The notes: generated by a model from the letters alone, not told the origin. Counted from the first letter of the stretch, positions 36,860-50,160 are shown. The stretch: 64,000 nucleotides of DNA from Mobula hypostoma (GCF_963921235.1 NC_086108.1:105836001-105900000); one strand, 5' to 3'. Translations and numbers: made by a program.

Positions 36860-37169
36860 TGTGGGCATGTGGCCAAGTGGTTAAGGCATTGGACTAGCGA
36901 CCTGAAGGTCGTGAGTTCGAGCCCCAGCCGAGGGAACGTGAGGTGTCCTTGAGCAAGGCACTTAATCACACATTGCTCTGCGACGACACTGGTGCCAAGC
37001 TGTATGGGTCCTAATGCCCTTCCCTTGGACAACATTGGTGTCGTGGAGAGGGGAGACTTGCAGCACGGGCAACTGTTGGTCTTCCATACAACCTTGCTCA
37101 GGCCTGCGCCCTGGAGAGTGAAGACTTTCCAGGCGCAGATCCATGGTCTCGCAAGACTAACGGATGCCA
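36860..37169 (+). mobile_element. Full-length tRNA-derived CORE-like SINE with RTE-derived 3' half
   Basis: Box A TGGCCAAGTGG (36870), box B GAGTTCGAGCC (36913), CORE-like GTGTCCTTGAGCAAGGCACTTAA. Perfect 13-bp TSD TAAATTAATTTAG at 36847-36859 and 37170-37182. Confidence 0.88.
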
Positions 37170-38452
37170 TAAATTAATTTAGAAAGGTCACTTGTACTAA
37201 AGTGCAGTGAACAATTTTAGAAAGTGCAGAGCAAGCAGACAAAATGCTGCAAGGCCATGACGAGGTAGATTGTGAGGCCAAGAGTCTATTTTATTGTCCT
37301 GATGGATGGTCTCTGCCAGAAACGTTGACTGTTTAATCCTCTCCATCAATGCTGTCTGAGCAGCTGCGATTTGTGTGTATAACTCTGGATTTATAGCATC
37401 TGCAGAATCTCTTGTGTGCTCACCTTATTGTAATTGGGAACCTCGTATTAGTCTTATATCAGGGGATAGAAGCTATTCTTGAGCTTGCTAGTACGTGCTT
37501 TCAGACATTTTTGCATTCAGCCTGATGAGAGGATTGTGGAAAGAGAATGGGGTGGGTGGTGTCTTTGATTATGTTTGCTGTTTTACAGAGGTGGCAAGGA
37601 GAGTAGACGGAGTCCACGAGGAAGGCAGGTTTGCATGAAATATTGGAACACACATCATGGATTATTCCTGCCTCTGTGAATTTTGAATAAAATTTGAAGT
37701 GCGAGACAGCAATCATTAATGAACAATAGGCTATATTACTAAAATAACTCAAGAAAAGAGAAGCAAGACCTGACCACTTGACCCCTTATACCAGCCTTGC
37801 TTTTTAAGATAGCCAAGGCTGATCTGTCACAAGTCTCGGGACCCGGGATGAGAGCTGATTTTGCTCGTTCTTCGCGATGGTCACTCCACTCTCTTTATGC
37901 TGCTGAGGCTATGAAGACTGACCCAGATGATGTGTTTCGTGCATGATGAACAAATAAGTGAGACTTTGGGCCTATTCCGGGCTGTTCCGGGGTTTGGATC
38001 TGAGGATTCAAGTTTTGGTTTGGATTGTTATTGTGTACTTCAATTGTTGGCATAAGCTGCTTTCCTTTCTTTGTTTTGTACATCAGGTGTTGGTCTTTTT
38101 TTATTGTGTTTTCTTTAATTGGGTTCATTCAGGTTTCCTGCTTTGTGGCTACCTGTGAGCAAGCAAATCTTAAGGTTGTATAACTTATACATTCTTTGAT
38201 AACAAATGTATTTTGAATCTTTGAATCCTTGAACTACCTCTATTGAGAAGAGTGCTGCTTGAATGAGACATGTCATATGAGGAATGATTGAGCAAACTAG
38301 ATCTTTTCTCTTTTGAGCAAGTGGAGATAAAAGGAGGTGACTTGATAGAGATGTATAAGGTGGTAAGATAGGTCACACCCTTTTCCCAAGGGTGGCAATG
38401 GCTAATAGGAGGCGGCATAATTTTGAGTAATTGGTGGAAGATAGATGGTTAT

Positions 38453-38665
38453 GTCACACACAAAATGCTGGAGGAACTCAGCAGGCCAGGCAGCATCTAT
38501 GGAAAAAACTACAGTTGATGTTTTGGGCCAAGTCCTGCCGAAAGGTTTTGGCCTGAAACATCGACTGTACTTCTTTTCTATAGATGCTGCCTGGCTGCTA
38601 AATTCCTCCAGCATTTTGTGTGTGTTGCTTGGATTACCAGAATCTGCAGGTTCTCTCTTGTTTCA
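38453..38665. repeat. Foldback Penelope 3'-end pair inserted into a CR1 fragment
   Basis: Inverted arms CACACACAAAATGCTGGAGGAACTCAGC / GCTAAATTCCTCCAGCATTTTGTGTGTG with a central degenerate hammerhead motif. Confidence 0.8.
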
Positions 38666-40799
38666 GATATGTAAGAGGTAGAGTTCTTCTTTTGCATAGA
38701 GAGTGGTGGGTGAGGCAGATACGTGAAAGAAATGTGACGCATAGATAGGCACACATATTGTAGAAAAATGGAGGGCTCTGTCGGAGGGGAGGATTTGATT
38801 GATCTTGGAGCAGATTGTGGGCTGAACAGCCTGTTCTGTGGTGTACCGTGTTTAAAACCTTCCAGCACTTCAAGATTCGCAGGAGTAGATGTAGGACAGA
38901 GATGAAGAGGAACTGCTTTTCCCAGAGGGTGGTGAATCTGTGGAATTCTCTGCCCAATGAAACAGTGGAGGCTACCTCAGTAAATATATTTAAGACAAAG
39001 TTGGATAGATTTTTGCATAGTAGGGGAATGGGGAAAAAGCAGGTAGATGGAGATGAGTCCATGGCCAGATCAGCGATGAATGGTAGAGCAGGCACGATGG
39101 GCCAAATGGACTACTCCTGCTCCTTTTTTCTACTTCTTATGTTCTTTCCAAATCGGACTGGCACCTAGACCTATCCAAGCTCTCAATTTAGGTGGACAAG
39201 CTCCGAAACTCCTCTGCTCCAACTTTTTCTTTTTTGTCTGCCTCAGCCCCATCTCAACAATGTCTCAAGCTTGCTCAGACCTCTTGTTCATCAACATGCC
39301 TCAACCTCGTTCCGACTTTACATTGCACCTGCACACTTCAACCCTCACTCAACCCTTCATCGTTTGGGGTGATTGGTTACCTCAATTTTGCACCGAACAA
39401 TTATTATTAATAAAGTATTTTGTTATACTTCTCGCTTTAACCTATCACCTGCCTTCAATAGTGCCAATTTAAACTGGAGAAGGGAAGAGAATTCCAGTGA
39501 CCCAGCGTCAGTAACTTTCAGCCAATGTGAATTCCAGTGATTCATCACCTTTGTGAGAAGAAATTTGAACATAGCTTTACATGATTGACCTGATCTTGAA
39601 ATTATGTCCCTACATCAAGGCTCTGCCACTAGCCTAAACATCTCAGCATGCAGAACTATCTAGGACCCAGGAAGGTGACAATCAGTTATGAAGATAAACG
39701 GGTCAAACTAGCCAATTTCATTGACTTGGACGTGAAGTTTCCAACCTGAAATGCTCATTCTGTTTCACTTTGCACACACACAAGCTAACTTGTGGAGTAT
39801 CTCCAACATTTTGTGTTTGGTTTTTATTTCTGTACTCCAAGGGAATTTATCTCAAAATGTCCCTAATGAATCTGCCTCTACCTCCACCCTTGGATGAGCA
39901 TTCCATTCACCCACTACTTTGTGTAAAAAAAACCTGACTCTAACATTCCTCCATATGCTTTCCTCCAATCACCTTAAAATGATGCCCCATCGTTGTTGTT
40001 GGGATTGATGTGCCTGTGATGCTGCTGCAAGTTTTTCATTGTTCCTGATCTTTGCCATAGCTGGTATAACAATAAACTTGCATTAATGTAAGCAATAGAG
40101 TCTGTGTGTCAAACCCAACATTTATTCAAAGTTCAAAGCAAATTTATTACCAACGTACATATATGTCACCAGATACAACCCTGAGATTCATTTTCCTGTT
40201 GGCATAATCAATAAATCCACAATAAAAAACTAACCATTACAGAATCAATGAAAGACCACATCAACATGGGCATTCAACCAGTGTGGCAAAAACAGCAAAC
40301 TGTGCGAACACAAAAAGAAAGAAACTATAATAATAAATAAATAAGCAATAAATATAGAGAACATGAGATGAAGAGTCTTCAAAAGTGAGTCTTTGGGTTG
40401 TGGGAACTTTTCAGTGATGGAGCAAGTGATGTTGAGTGAAGTTATCCCCTCTCGTTCAAGAGTCTGATGGTATTCTGTGTGTTGCTGAGATGTCTGGAGA
40501 TAAAGCTCTGGATGATCCCTTCCAATCTCCTCTACCTCTTTCTCTGTGCCAAATTAAAATGCTCCTTAAATCTCTGCTCAAATATTGGATCTTATGTCAC
40601 AAACTATTAATCTCAGAATCAACATCAGATTTATTATCACTGACATATGTCATGAAACATTGTTTTGGAGCTACAGTACGATGGAAGACATAAATGACCA
40701 TAAATTACAACAAATAAGTAAAAAGTGCAAAAGAGGAATGGCATGATGGTGTTCATGGGTTCAAAGTTCAAAGTACTAAGATCAAAAAAGTTAATTTTC

Positions 40800-41585
40800 A
40801 AAACACACCTCACCAGCAGGTGGTAAAAGTGGGTTCCCTCACCTGAGTCTATCTGACCCTCAACACAGGAACCCCTCAGGGCTGTGCCTCCCCCGTTTAC
40901 TCTCTGTATACCATGACTTTGTCGCCACCCACAGCTCCAAACTGCTAATTAAATTTGTTGACGATACTACATTGTTGGCCTTATCTCAAATAATAATGAG
41001 ACAGCCTACAGAGAAGAAGTCATCACCCTGGCACAACAGTGTCAAGAAAAAAACCTCTCCCTCAATGTCGCAAAAACAAGGGAGCTGGTTGTGAACTACA
41101 GGAGGAATGGAGACTGACTAACCCCTATTGACATCAATGGATCTGGGGTTGAAAGAGTGAACAGCTTTAAGTTCCTTGGCATACACATCATCGAGGAGCT
41201 CACGTGGTCTGTATACACCAACTGTCTGGTGAAAAAGGCGAACTTCCCACTGTTCAGGGAGACAGGTGTGTAAAAAGGACTCAAAGGATCGTTGGGGACC
41301 CGAGTCACTCCAACTACAAATTGTTCCAGCTGCTTCCATCTGGGAAATGGTATCACAGCATTGAAGCCAGATTCAACAGGTTCCAGGACAGCTTCTTGCA
41401 CCATGTCATCAGACTGATTAATTCACGCTGATACAATGGTATTTCTATGCTATATTGATTGTCCTGTTGTACATACTATTTATTACAAATTGCTATAAAT
41501 TGCACATTGCACATTTGAACAGAGATGTAAAGATTTTTACTCCTCACATATGTGAAGGATATAAGAAATAACAAAGTCAATTCTT
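40800..41585 (+). mobile_element. Rex1 3' fragment, same family as 24910-27960
   Basis: Collinear with ~27110-27935. Confidence 0.85.
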
Positions 41586-41654
41586 CTTTCCCTGTATACA
41601 ATCCTGAGGTTCATTTTCTTGTAAGCATGTGCAATTCTGAGGCCTCCACTGGTG

Positions 41655-42195
41655 AAGGCATCCTAGCTGTCTAGATACGCGAAGCCAGGGTGGTATAATA
41701 TGGAGAACAAGCTGTTGCCTCTGTAGTAAGCTCCCCTTGTCCACACATCTGATGAACCCAAGGGAATGGCAGAGACCGATACAGTTTGGCAGCAGCACCG
41801 TCGCAGGAGTTGCCAGCCAGCTTTGAACTCAACGTAGCCATCGGATCTCTAGCTCCAGATTTTTCCCTCAGAGTTACTCCAAAAACCTTCTCCATGACTG
41901 AGAATAGCCGCAAGGGTTCGAGACCAGAGTTTTTCTTCTCCTAGATGAGCTGCCAGCTTCAGCTGACAAGCACCACCTGCCAGGTGCGACTGGTTTTAAG
42001 GCACCAGTAAACTGCCTTTGCTCCTCCTGTCAGCAGAAACACTTCTGCCGGACTTAGTAGCTGAGCTACACATGAAGACCAGGAGCTATAGCTGGTAATC
42101 AGAGGCTATATGAGACACATGTTATTGGGAGCATTTAATAGATTGTGGGAGCTTATCCCCACTACCATCCCTGGCTATGACAACCTTAAGGGACC
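41655..42195 (-). mobile_element. Non-autonomous bipartite RTE derivative
   Basis: RTE 5'UTR-type GCGACGGTGCTGCTGCCAAACTGTATCGG..TTCCCTTGG followed within ~110 nt by an RTE-type end TCTAGACAGCTAGGATGCC. Confidence 0.65.
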
Positions 42196-42226
42196 ATAAT
42201 CTACAAGTCCATAAAATAATAACCAT

Positions 42227-42582
42227 AAGGTGTATAAGATGATGAGAGGCATTGATCGTGTGGGTCGCCAGATGCTGTTTCCCAGGGCTGAAATGGCTAA
42301 CACGAGGGGCCATAGTTTTAGGGTGCTTGGAAGTACGTACAGAGGGGATGTCAGAGATAAGTTTAGCACACAGAGAGTGGTCGGTGCATGGAACGCACTG
42401 CCGGTGATGGTGGTAGAGGTGGATACAATAGGGTCTTTTAAGACACTCTTAGATAGGTACATGGAGCCTAGAAAAATAGAGGGCTATGCGGTAGGAAGTT
42501 CCTAGAGCAGGTTACAGGTTGGCACAACATTGTGGGCCGAAGGGCCTGTAATGTGCTGTAGATTTCTATGTTCTATGTTCTA
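42227..42582 (+). mobile_element. CR1 3' end
   Basis: VYKMMRGIDRV..TRGH..; (TTCTATG)n tail. Confidence 0.9.
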
Positions 42583-43958
42583 ATTGAATCAATGAAAGAC
42601 TGTCCAACTAAGCTGTTCAACCAGAGTGCAGAAGAAAACAAACAATGCAAAAAGAAATAATAATAATAATAATAATAAACACTAAATAGGAAACATGAGG
42701 TGAAGGGTCCTTGAAAGCAAGAACAGTTCAGTGATGGGGTCAGTGAAGCTGAGTGAATTTATACCCTTTGGGTTCAGAGCTTGATGGTCGAGGAGTAATA
42801 ACTGTTCCTCAGCCTGGGGCTCCTGTACCTTTTTCCTGATGGCAGTAGTGAAAAGAGAGCATGTCCTGCACAGTTGTGAACCTGATGATGAATGCTACTT
42901 TCCTGTGACTGTGTTTCATGTAGATGTGCTCAATGGTGGGCTTTACCCTTGATGGCCTGGGCCGAATCGGCTATCTTCTGCAGAATTTTCATGGTCCATT
43001 TAGATACAGATGACAGAGGGTAAGAAACTGTTCCTGAAATGTCTGAGAGTAGGTCTTCAGGCTCCTGCACTTCAATGTTAAGGTGAATGTTAAAGCCCAC
43101 TAACAGCATTAAGGACCTCACATTAAATGAGAGAAACTGTGCCTGTTGGGAAGCTAGCACTGTGTTTATGACATGGAATTTAATCCAGAACCCATATAAC
43201 AGAGTTGGAGTACTGCTGGTTTGTTGGTGATGACACTGATATAAATTTCATGGCCCTGCTCTCGGCAGTTTCCAAAGGGACTTCCTGTTTATTACAGATA
43301 TCAAAGAGAAGAACTGCTACGGCTGTTGGCAATGTTTAATATGTCTTTATTTCTTCTAGTTCTCCCTGAATGGTATCATTCATAATTGGTTATACAATCA
43401 TTAAATTGAAGACACATGTTAAGCATGCTGTCTAAGCTCATTTACAACAAGAATTACATGGGTTATTTTTGTTTAAATAAAATCAGATTTGAAGTTATTT
43501 ATGGCAGTAATTACGCTTTATTGCGCAAAATCTGGCCACTTAATTTTTTTAAAATTTTAACCTGCCATAAACAAACAGGCTGCAAGCACACAATTAATCC
43601 CTCGGTCTTCTGACACCGCGTCTGCATCCTCTCAAGTGGCAGACCCAGCAGGTAGGGCTGAGGGACGCCAAACAACCGTGAGGGTGTGAGGATAGCTGGG
43701 ACTGGGTTTGTGTGCCAGGGCATTAGAAAGGCAAACTCCACCAACTTGAATTCCCACCACTGCCTGAGAGGAGTTTGCAGGTCCTCCCTGTGACTGTGTG
43801 GGTTTCCTCTGGGTGTTCTGGTTCCCTCCCACAGTCCAAAAATGTTCCCAGTTGGTAGGTTCATTGGTCATTACAAATCGCTCCATGATTAGGCTAGGGT
43901 TAAACGGGGGGATCGCTGGGTGGCAAGGCTCGAAGGGTAGAAGGGCTTGTTTTGCACT

Positions 43959-44589
43959 CACAAAATAATCCGCAGATGCTGGGGTCAAAGCAACACTCAC
44001 AACATGTCGGGCAGCATCCGTGGAAAAGATCGGTTGACGTTTCGGGCCGGAACCCTTCGTCAGGACTGTAGGGGGAAGGGACAGAAGCGCCTGGAAGTTG
44101 AGGAATTCTGTGTTCATACCAAGGGGCTGGAGACTACCTAGACGGTATATGAGGTGTTGCTCCTCCAACCTGAGTTTAGCCTCATCATGGCAGTAGAGGA
44201 GGCAATGTATAGAATTCTCCAACTTCTGGTAATTCCCCCCCCTCCCTTCCCCTATCCCTATGTCACTCTGCCCCCTCCTCCAGCTGCCTATCACCTCCCT
44301 CTTGGTTCCGCCTCCTTCTACTACCCATTGTGTTTTCCCCTATTCCTTCTTCATCTTTCCTGCCTATCACCTCCCTGCCTCCCCTCCCCCACCCCTTTAT
44401 CTCTCCCCTTACTGGTTTTTCACCTGGAACCTACCAGCCTTCTCCTTCCCACCCTCCCCCCACCTTCTTTATAGGGCCCTGCCCCCTCCCTCTTCAGTCC
44501 TGACGAAGGGTTCCGGCCCAAAACGTCGACCGATCTTTTCCACGGATGCCGCCCGACCTGCTGAGTTCCTCCAGCGTGTTGTGAGTGTT
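43959..44589. mobile_element. Penelope insertion made of two inverted 3' ends
   Basis: Minus part ~43959-44210 and plus part ~44210-44589. TSD GCTTGTTTTGCACT at 43945-43958 and 44590-44603. Confidence 0.88.
44031..44068 (-). ncRNA. Minimal type I hammerhead ribozyme motif (Penelope-associated)
   Basis: CAGUC-CUGACGA-A-GGGUUCCGGCCC-GAAAC-GUC-AACCG: catalytic core intact, palindromic ACGU helix III, imperfect helix I. Confidence 0.65.
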
Positions 44590-46217
44590 GCTTGTTTTGC
44601 ACTGTATCTCAGTAAATAAAATAATTAAATAAAACTTCAAGATTGCACTGAGCTGTGATCTCCATCAAGATTGAGGCTCAGAATTGATTGTTTTTCTAAG
44701 TTCATGGGGATCATTTTTGCACCATAAGATCTCTCTAACTAGGCCTTTTAATATTTGACAGGTTTCACTGAGATCTCCCCTCATTCTTCTCAGTGAGATA
44801 ATGCCCAGAGCCATCAAACATTCCTTATACATTAACCATTTCATTCCTAAAAATCATTCTCGTCAACCTTCTCTGAACCCTGTCTAATGCTAACACATCC
44901 TTTCTTAGATAAAGCGTTCAAAACTACTCACAATATTTCAGTCATGGTTTGACCAATGCATTATAAGTCCTCAGCATTACATCCTTGTTTTTATATTCTA
45001 GTCCTCTCTACATTGAGGAAACAGAGAGGAGCTAGGGGTCAGGTTAAATTTTAGGGACAGGGATGTGGGATGTTAGAGATCAGATTAGTGTTTAGGGACA
45101 AGGATGTGGAGGAGTTAGAGGTCAGGCCTCAGCTCCAAGTTCAAAGGCAGGCGACGTAGATGGGTGAATAGTCGAGGCCTCTGCTCCATGCCCAAAAGGC
45201 CAGCACTGTGAATGCTTTATGAAGGATATCTGGAATTCAGATCTCCATTCTGTGCTTAAGGAACCAGTTATGTGCAGATGGGGATGAAGGACATCCATGA
45301 TGTTTGGATTGTCTGATGTCAGTGGATGTCTGTGTTTGCAGGAGCCAGGAGGATTTGTGAGGGGGCATGACCACCAGTCAGTCAGTGCCCTCAGAGCTTA
45401 TGTCATGGGTTTCTGTCATCGGCTACTCCAGGGGTTGGTGCTGAAGACTAAAACCCAAGAATCAGTCGAAAGTCTGAAAACTGGACTGAAGACTGGAAGC
45501 CCAGAGGTCTGTTCTGGAATTGGAGGACTATTAGTGTGTGTGGGTGGGAGGGAGGGAAGAGCAGAAGTAAAAGGCTTCTTTTTGATCTTGTTGATTTGTT
45601 GCTTGTTGTGTTTTATATTCCACCAAGCATTGTGGGCATACTATATTGGCATGGAAATGCATGTTGACATTTGCAGTCCCACACCAGCACATCCTTGGGT
45701 GTGTTGGTTATTACTCCAAACATTACATTTCACTGTATGTTTCAATATACTTGTGATAAATAAATCTGAAATCTGAAGATGATGTGTGGGGTGCGTGTTC
45801 AGTGTGGGTGCAGAACACTAGGATAAAATAAAGAATACCAAGGGTAAGGAAAATCGTTTGGGGAGATGATGGAGATGTGGGAGCTTGTTAGGGAGTGGAG
45901 GTCAGGGAGATGGTTGGGGAGTGCATGTCAGGGTGATGGCTGGGTAGATGATTGAGGTCAGGGGATGGTTGGGCAATGGTCAAGGAAGTTCTCAAGGGAA
46001 GGTAGACTAGGATATGATCAGTGGGAAAGTGTCAAGTGTGTGAAATGGGAATGACGAAGTGACTTTGTAGGCAGATGAGGAGGTAAAGAAAGTGTATGTT
46101 ATACTTGCATTCACTTGTCAGGGCACTAAGTATTAGAAGTCTTCTCTTGTACATTAAAGATGAACTCTGATCTCTCACACTACCTTCTCAATGGTTTAAA
46201 CTTTATTTGTTTACCTA

Positions 46218-46651
46218 CAGTACTGTACTGCTCTGCCGCTGTGCAAAAAGAAAATCAAATTTCATGACACTTGTGAGTGAAAATAAATCTGATTCTGACA
46301 TGGATCTCCATTGTGGACTGAGAGTGGGAAGGGGGTAGGGAGAGGGGCATCATGATTGGGAAATGGAGTAGGGAGAGGGGAGGGAGTGAGAAGCACCAGA
46401 GAGACATTCTGAACTGATGAATAAGCCAATTGTTTGGAATCAAATTATCTTGCCTGGTGTCTCAGTACTGGATGTTTCTTCATCCGCACCATTGCCACTC
46501 TTCTCCCCTGGCACTCCTTGGCGACCTGTCCCTCACTCCTCCCAGAGTGCTCCATCCTCACCATTCCCAACATGCTTTACTCCTGCCTGATTTACAAACT
46601 CTTTCTCCATTCCACATTGACAGATACAGTACTCTGCAAAAGTCTTAGGTG

Positions 46652-46690
<39 letters not shown>

Positions 46691-46723
46691 GGTATATGTG
46701 CCTAAAACTTTTGCATGGTACTT
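46218..46723. mobile_element. Composite element: LINE tail and purine-rich cargo closed by a Tc1-type MITE (46627-46723) with (TA)n core
   Basis: TA|CAGTACTG start; MITE TIRs CAGTACTCTGCAAAAGTCTTAGG / CCTAAAACTTTTGCATGGTACTT|TA; cargo shared with 50865-51112. Confidence 0.7.
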
Positions 46724-49131
46724 TATTCTCCTAAACTTCATTCCATGTCCTATTTTCCTTTCTCATTTTGTATTTTTTGGCAGATTTCAACCCCATGTCT
46801 GGTCGTGACAGCACGGGTTTGCGTGGAGATGGAAGAGAGAGAGACTGACTTTGTTAACAAACAGAAGAGATCAGAAGTTAGCATAGTTACAGGTTGCCTG
46901 TGGTTCCCCACCGGGAGCACTTCACAAAATAACACACATCAATAGGCTTGGTTCAATTCGATGTCTGCTCCCGAGAACCAAGGTAATTAAATTTAGCAAA
47001 GGAAGATGTAGGAGTCAGAACAAGATTGAGAGCTCACAGGGGACACGAGTTTAATTTTTTTTTGTCAAGCATATAACGGGGAATTTGAGGAAAAACATTT
47101 TTAGTCAGGGTGTAGTTATAATCTGGAACTTGCTGCCTACGGGGGTGGTAGAAACAGAAACATTCACTCCTTTCAGAGGGAATTGGATGGGACCTGAGAG
47201 ACAATGATTTGCAGAGTTATAGGGAAAAGCTTGAGAAATTGAACTTGGAGTACTGTGTACAGTTTGATCACCCAGTTACAGGAAAGACGTAGTTAAAATG
47301 GAAAGAGTGCAGAGAAGGTTTATGAGGAATTTTCCAGGACTCGAGGGCCTGAGTTCGAGAGTGTGGTTGTCCAAGTTGTCTTTATTCCGCCAGAACCTAA
47401 GAGAACGTGTGATGATGTTACAGAAGTGATTAAAATTATGATCATGCAGAGATAGTGTGGATGGTAACAGTCATTTTCCCAGGTAGGGGAGTCCAAATCT
47501 AGAGTGCATAGGCTTAGTGCGTGTTCCAGCGGCAACATGGCATGCCCACAGTTTACTAACCCTAACCCACACATCTCTGGAATGTGAGAGGGAGCTGGAG
47601 CACCCAAGGTAAGCCCATGTGGTCACGTGGAGAATGTACAAATTCCTTACAGGCAGTGTTGTCTGTAAGGACAAAGGAATTCAGTGTGCATGTATGTGAA
47701 TCACCAAAGGTCTGGGAAAAATGCAAGAGATTTTAGAGAACCCCAGCTAAATGTCTGTAAACAGCAGATGCTGGAACTCTGAAATAAAACACAAGTTAAA
47801 GGTTCAGTTCTCAAGAAATACCTCCATGCTAAAATGTTGTTTTAATTGTGAGCTTTCTTGTAAAAGTTAAATATAATTTATGTTTAATCTATGTTTTTCT
47901 TGTTGATGCTGCTTACCTGATGCTATGTGACTGTGATGCTGCTGAAAGTAAATTTTTCATTGCAACTGTATATTCATGTACTTGTAGATAGGACAATAAA
48001 TTCCATTTTGTCTTTCATTAGAAAACATTCTGTGCAAATTGCAATTCTGACAAAGGGTCTTTGACCTGAAAACGTTAACTCTGTTTCTCATTTCTAGTTT
48101 CCACGGTGATATTCTCATGACAATGCTTTTCAGACTTAAGTTCTCAGAGGAGCACTGTATAACTTTACAGCAGTCTTTAGCCAATAGCCCTACTTATCTA
48201 TGAAATGTGGGTTTAAAATTACAAATGGAGCTAACATAATTTTCTATTTGTGGAAGTCGTATTTACTCTCGCCTGAGTTCAGGAGTGTCTCTCAGTTTTA
48301 TTCTTGCACTAAATATTGGATTGTGACCTCTGTTCCTTGATTATATTATTAGAGGAAATAGCTCCACTCTGTCCACTCTATTAGTAGCCCTTGGCATCTT
48401 TAAAAGTTTAATCAAACCACCTCTTAACTCTCCAAGTTTCAGGGAAGATCCCTATTTAAAGTTATCATTCCTTTTGTTTAAACCCTGGTCTCATTCAGTT
48501 TAGATCTAACTGTACAAACTCCATTCCAGTGTATCCACCATCTGGGCCGTGCCATCTTCTCACACCTACCTTCGGGCAGGAGGTACAGAGGTATGAATTT
48601 TCACACCACCAGGTTCAAGAAGTTATTTCCTTTCAGCCATTTGGTCTGTGAACCAATAATCATTATGGTACAGCAACACTATGGCCACTCTGATTACTTT
48701 GCACTAGAATTGAGTGGATCGCCAGAAACTTATTTATTTATTGAGATGCTGCTCAGGATAGGCCGTTCTGGCTCTTTGAGACCTGCTGCCCAGCAATCCC
48801 CTGATTTAATCCTAGGACAATTTACAATGATCAATTAATCTTCCAACCAGTAAGTCTTTGGACTGTGGGAGGAAACTGGAGCACACGGAGGAAAGCCACG
48901 AGGTCAAGGCGTGAATGTACAAACTTCTTAAACCCAGGTCACTGGTACTATAATGAGTTGTGCTAACTATTATGCTAGCATGCCACCTCAAAGGCCCTTT
49001 TTCCCACAGCAGAAATTGCTAATGCAAGAGGGCGTAACTTTGTGCTGTTGGGAAGGGAGATATGCGGTGGGGGACATCAGAGGTAGGTTTTTTAAACAAA
49101 AAATGGTAGATGTGTAGAACATGCTGCCAGG

Positions 49132-49335
49132 TCCCTAAGCTGTGTGGATGTGTGTCCGCGTAGCAACTGCAATGCTCCTGTGCACATAGCCTTTGTTGCC
49201 GTGCAGCTGGAGTTTTCTTTTATATACGTAATGTTTTATTAAAATGCCATGCAGTTTTCAGGCCATGTAAAAATTTCCTGCTCTGAGCAATAATTAATCT
49301 GCGCAACTATGTAAAAAATAATAGAGGGAACGTTG
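49132..49335. mobile_element. hAT-type non-autonomous element in a CR1 fragment
   Basis: Right TIR TAGAGGGAACGTTG, eroded left TIR, 8-bp TSD CTGCCAGG/CTGCCTGG. Confidence 0.6.
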
Positions 49336-49804
49336 CTGCCTGGTGCAATGTTCTCTTTTCTTTCTCTTTTAGCACTACTTATTTAATTCAGTTTATATAT
49401 ACATACTTCTTATAGCAATTCATTGCTTTTTGACTAATATATATTGCATTGTCTTGCTGCCACAAAACAGCAAATTTCATGACATATGATATTAAACCTG
49501 ATTCGGATTCTGGTAGAGGCAAATACTTTATGGATATTTACAAGATTACAATAGGCACATGGATGAAAGAAAAATGGAAGGCGATTTAGGAGAGAAGGGT
49601 TAGATAGATATTGAAGCAGATTAAAGGGTTGGCATAGTATTGTGCTGAGGTGCCTGTACCGTGATGTAATGTTCTATGTTATAGGCTCTGCGTCTAACAC
49701 TATGTTCTATGTTCTATAATAGACTTCATTTTTTGTTCTAATTGTGCTCTTCCTTGTAAAAATTGTCTATAATTTATGTTTCTTGTGAATATGATGCTAT
49801 GTGT

Positions 49805-50160
49805 GTGTAGTCCTATTGCCTGTTATGCCCCTGATGTTTAGGGCAACAATGAAGCCCTTCAATCTCTGGAGGTGTTCACAGCTTCCTTCATTGTGTCAGT
49901 GGCTTCCTTCTGGTCTACTGCAAGTCCCAGTTGGAGACTCAGGAATATCGTCACACACAGATGTAAAAGGATTCTTCATTACTGTTTCTGTAACAGTTTT
50001 GTTTGACCGGTCAGGGTTGCTAGCCCTGAGCTTAACCCCCGAACCTGGAGAATCGGTGGACCACTCTTCATCTGGCCTCTACCCTTTGACCTGTTTGGCA
50101 TGGGTGACCCTAACAACAGCCAAAGCATAAAGCCCTGACTCCAGCCAGCATAGCTCTCCG
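49805..50160 (-). mobile_element. Bipartite RTE (Rex3/Expander-like) derivative
   Basis: Homologous to 53055-53530 but with a larger internal deletion. Confidence 0.7.

Larger units (their letters stand above)
43720..44632 (+). mobile_element. V-SINE split by a Penelope insertion
   Basis: V-domain at ~43769-43845; the tail resumes at 44604. Confidence 0.75.

Noticed and set aside
36860..36935. Possible tRNA gene
   Set aside because: The A/B boxes run into a CORE-like block and RTE tail, and the whole unit is flanked by a 13-bp TSD, so it is a SINE head.
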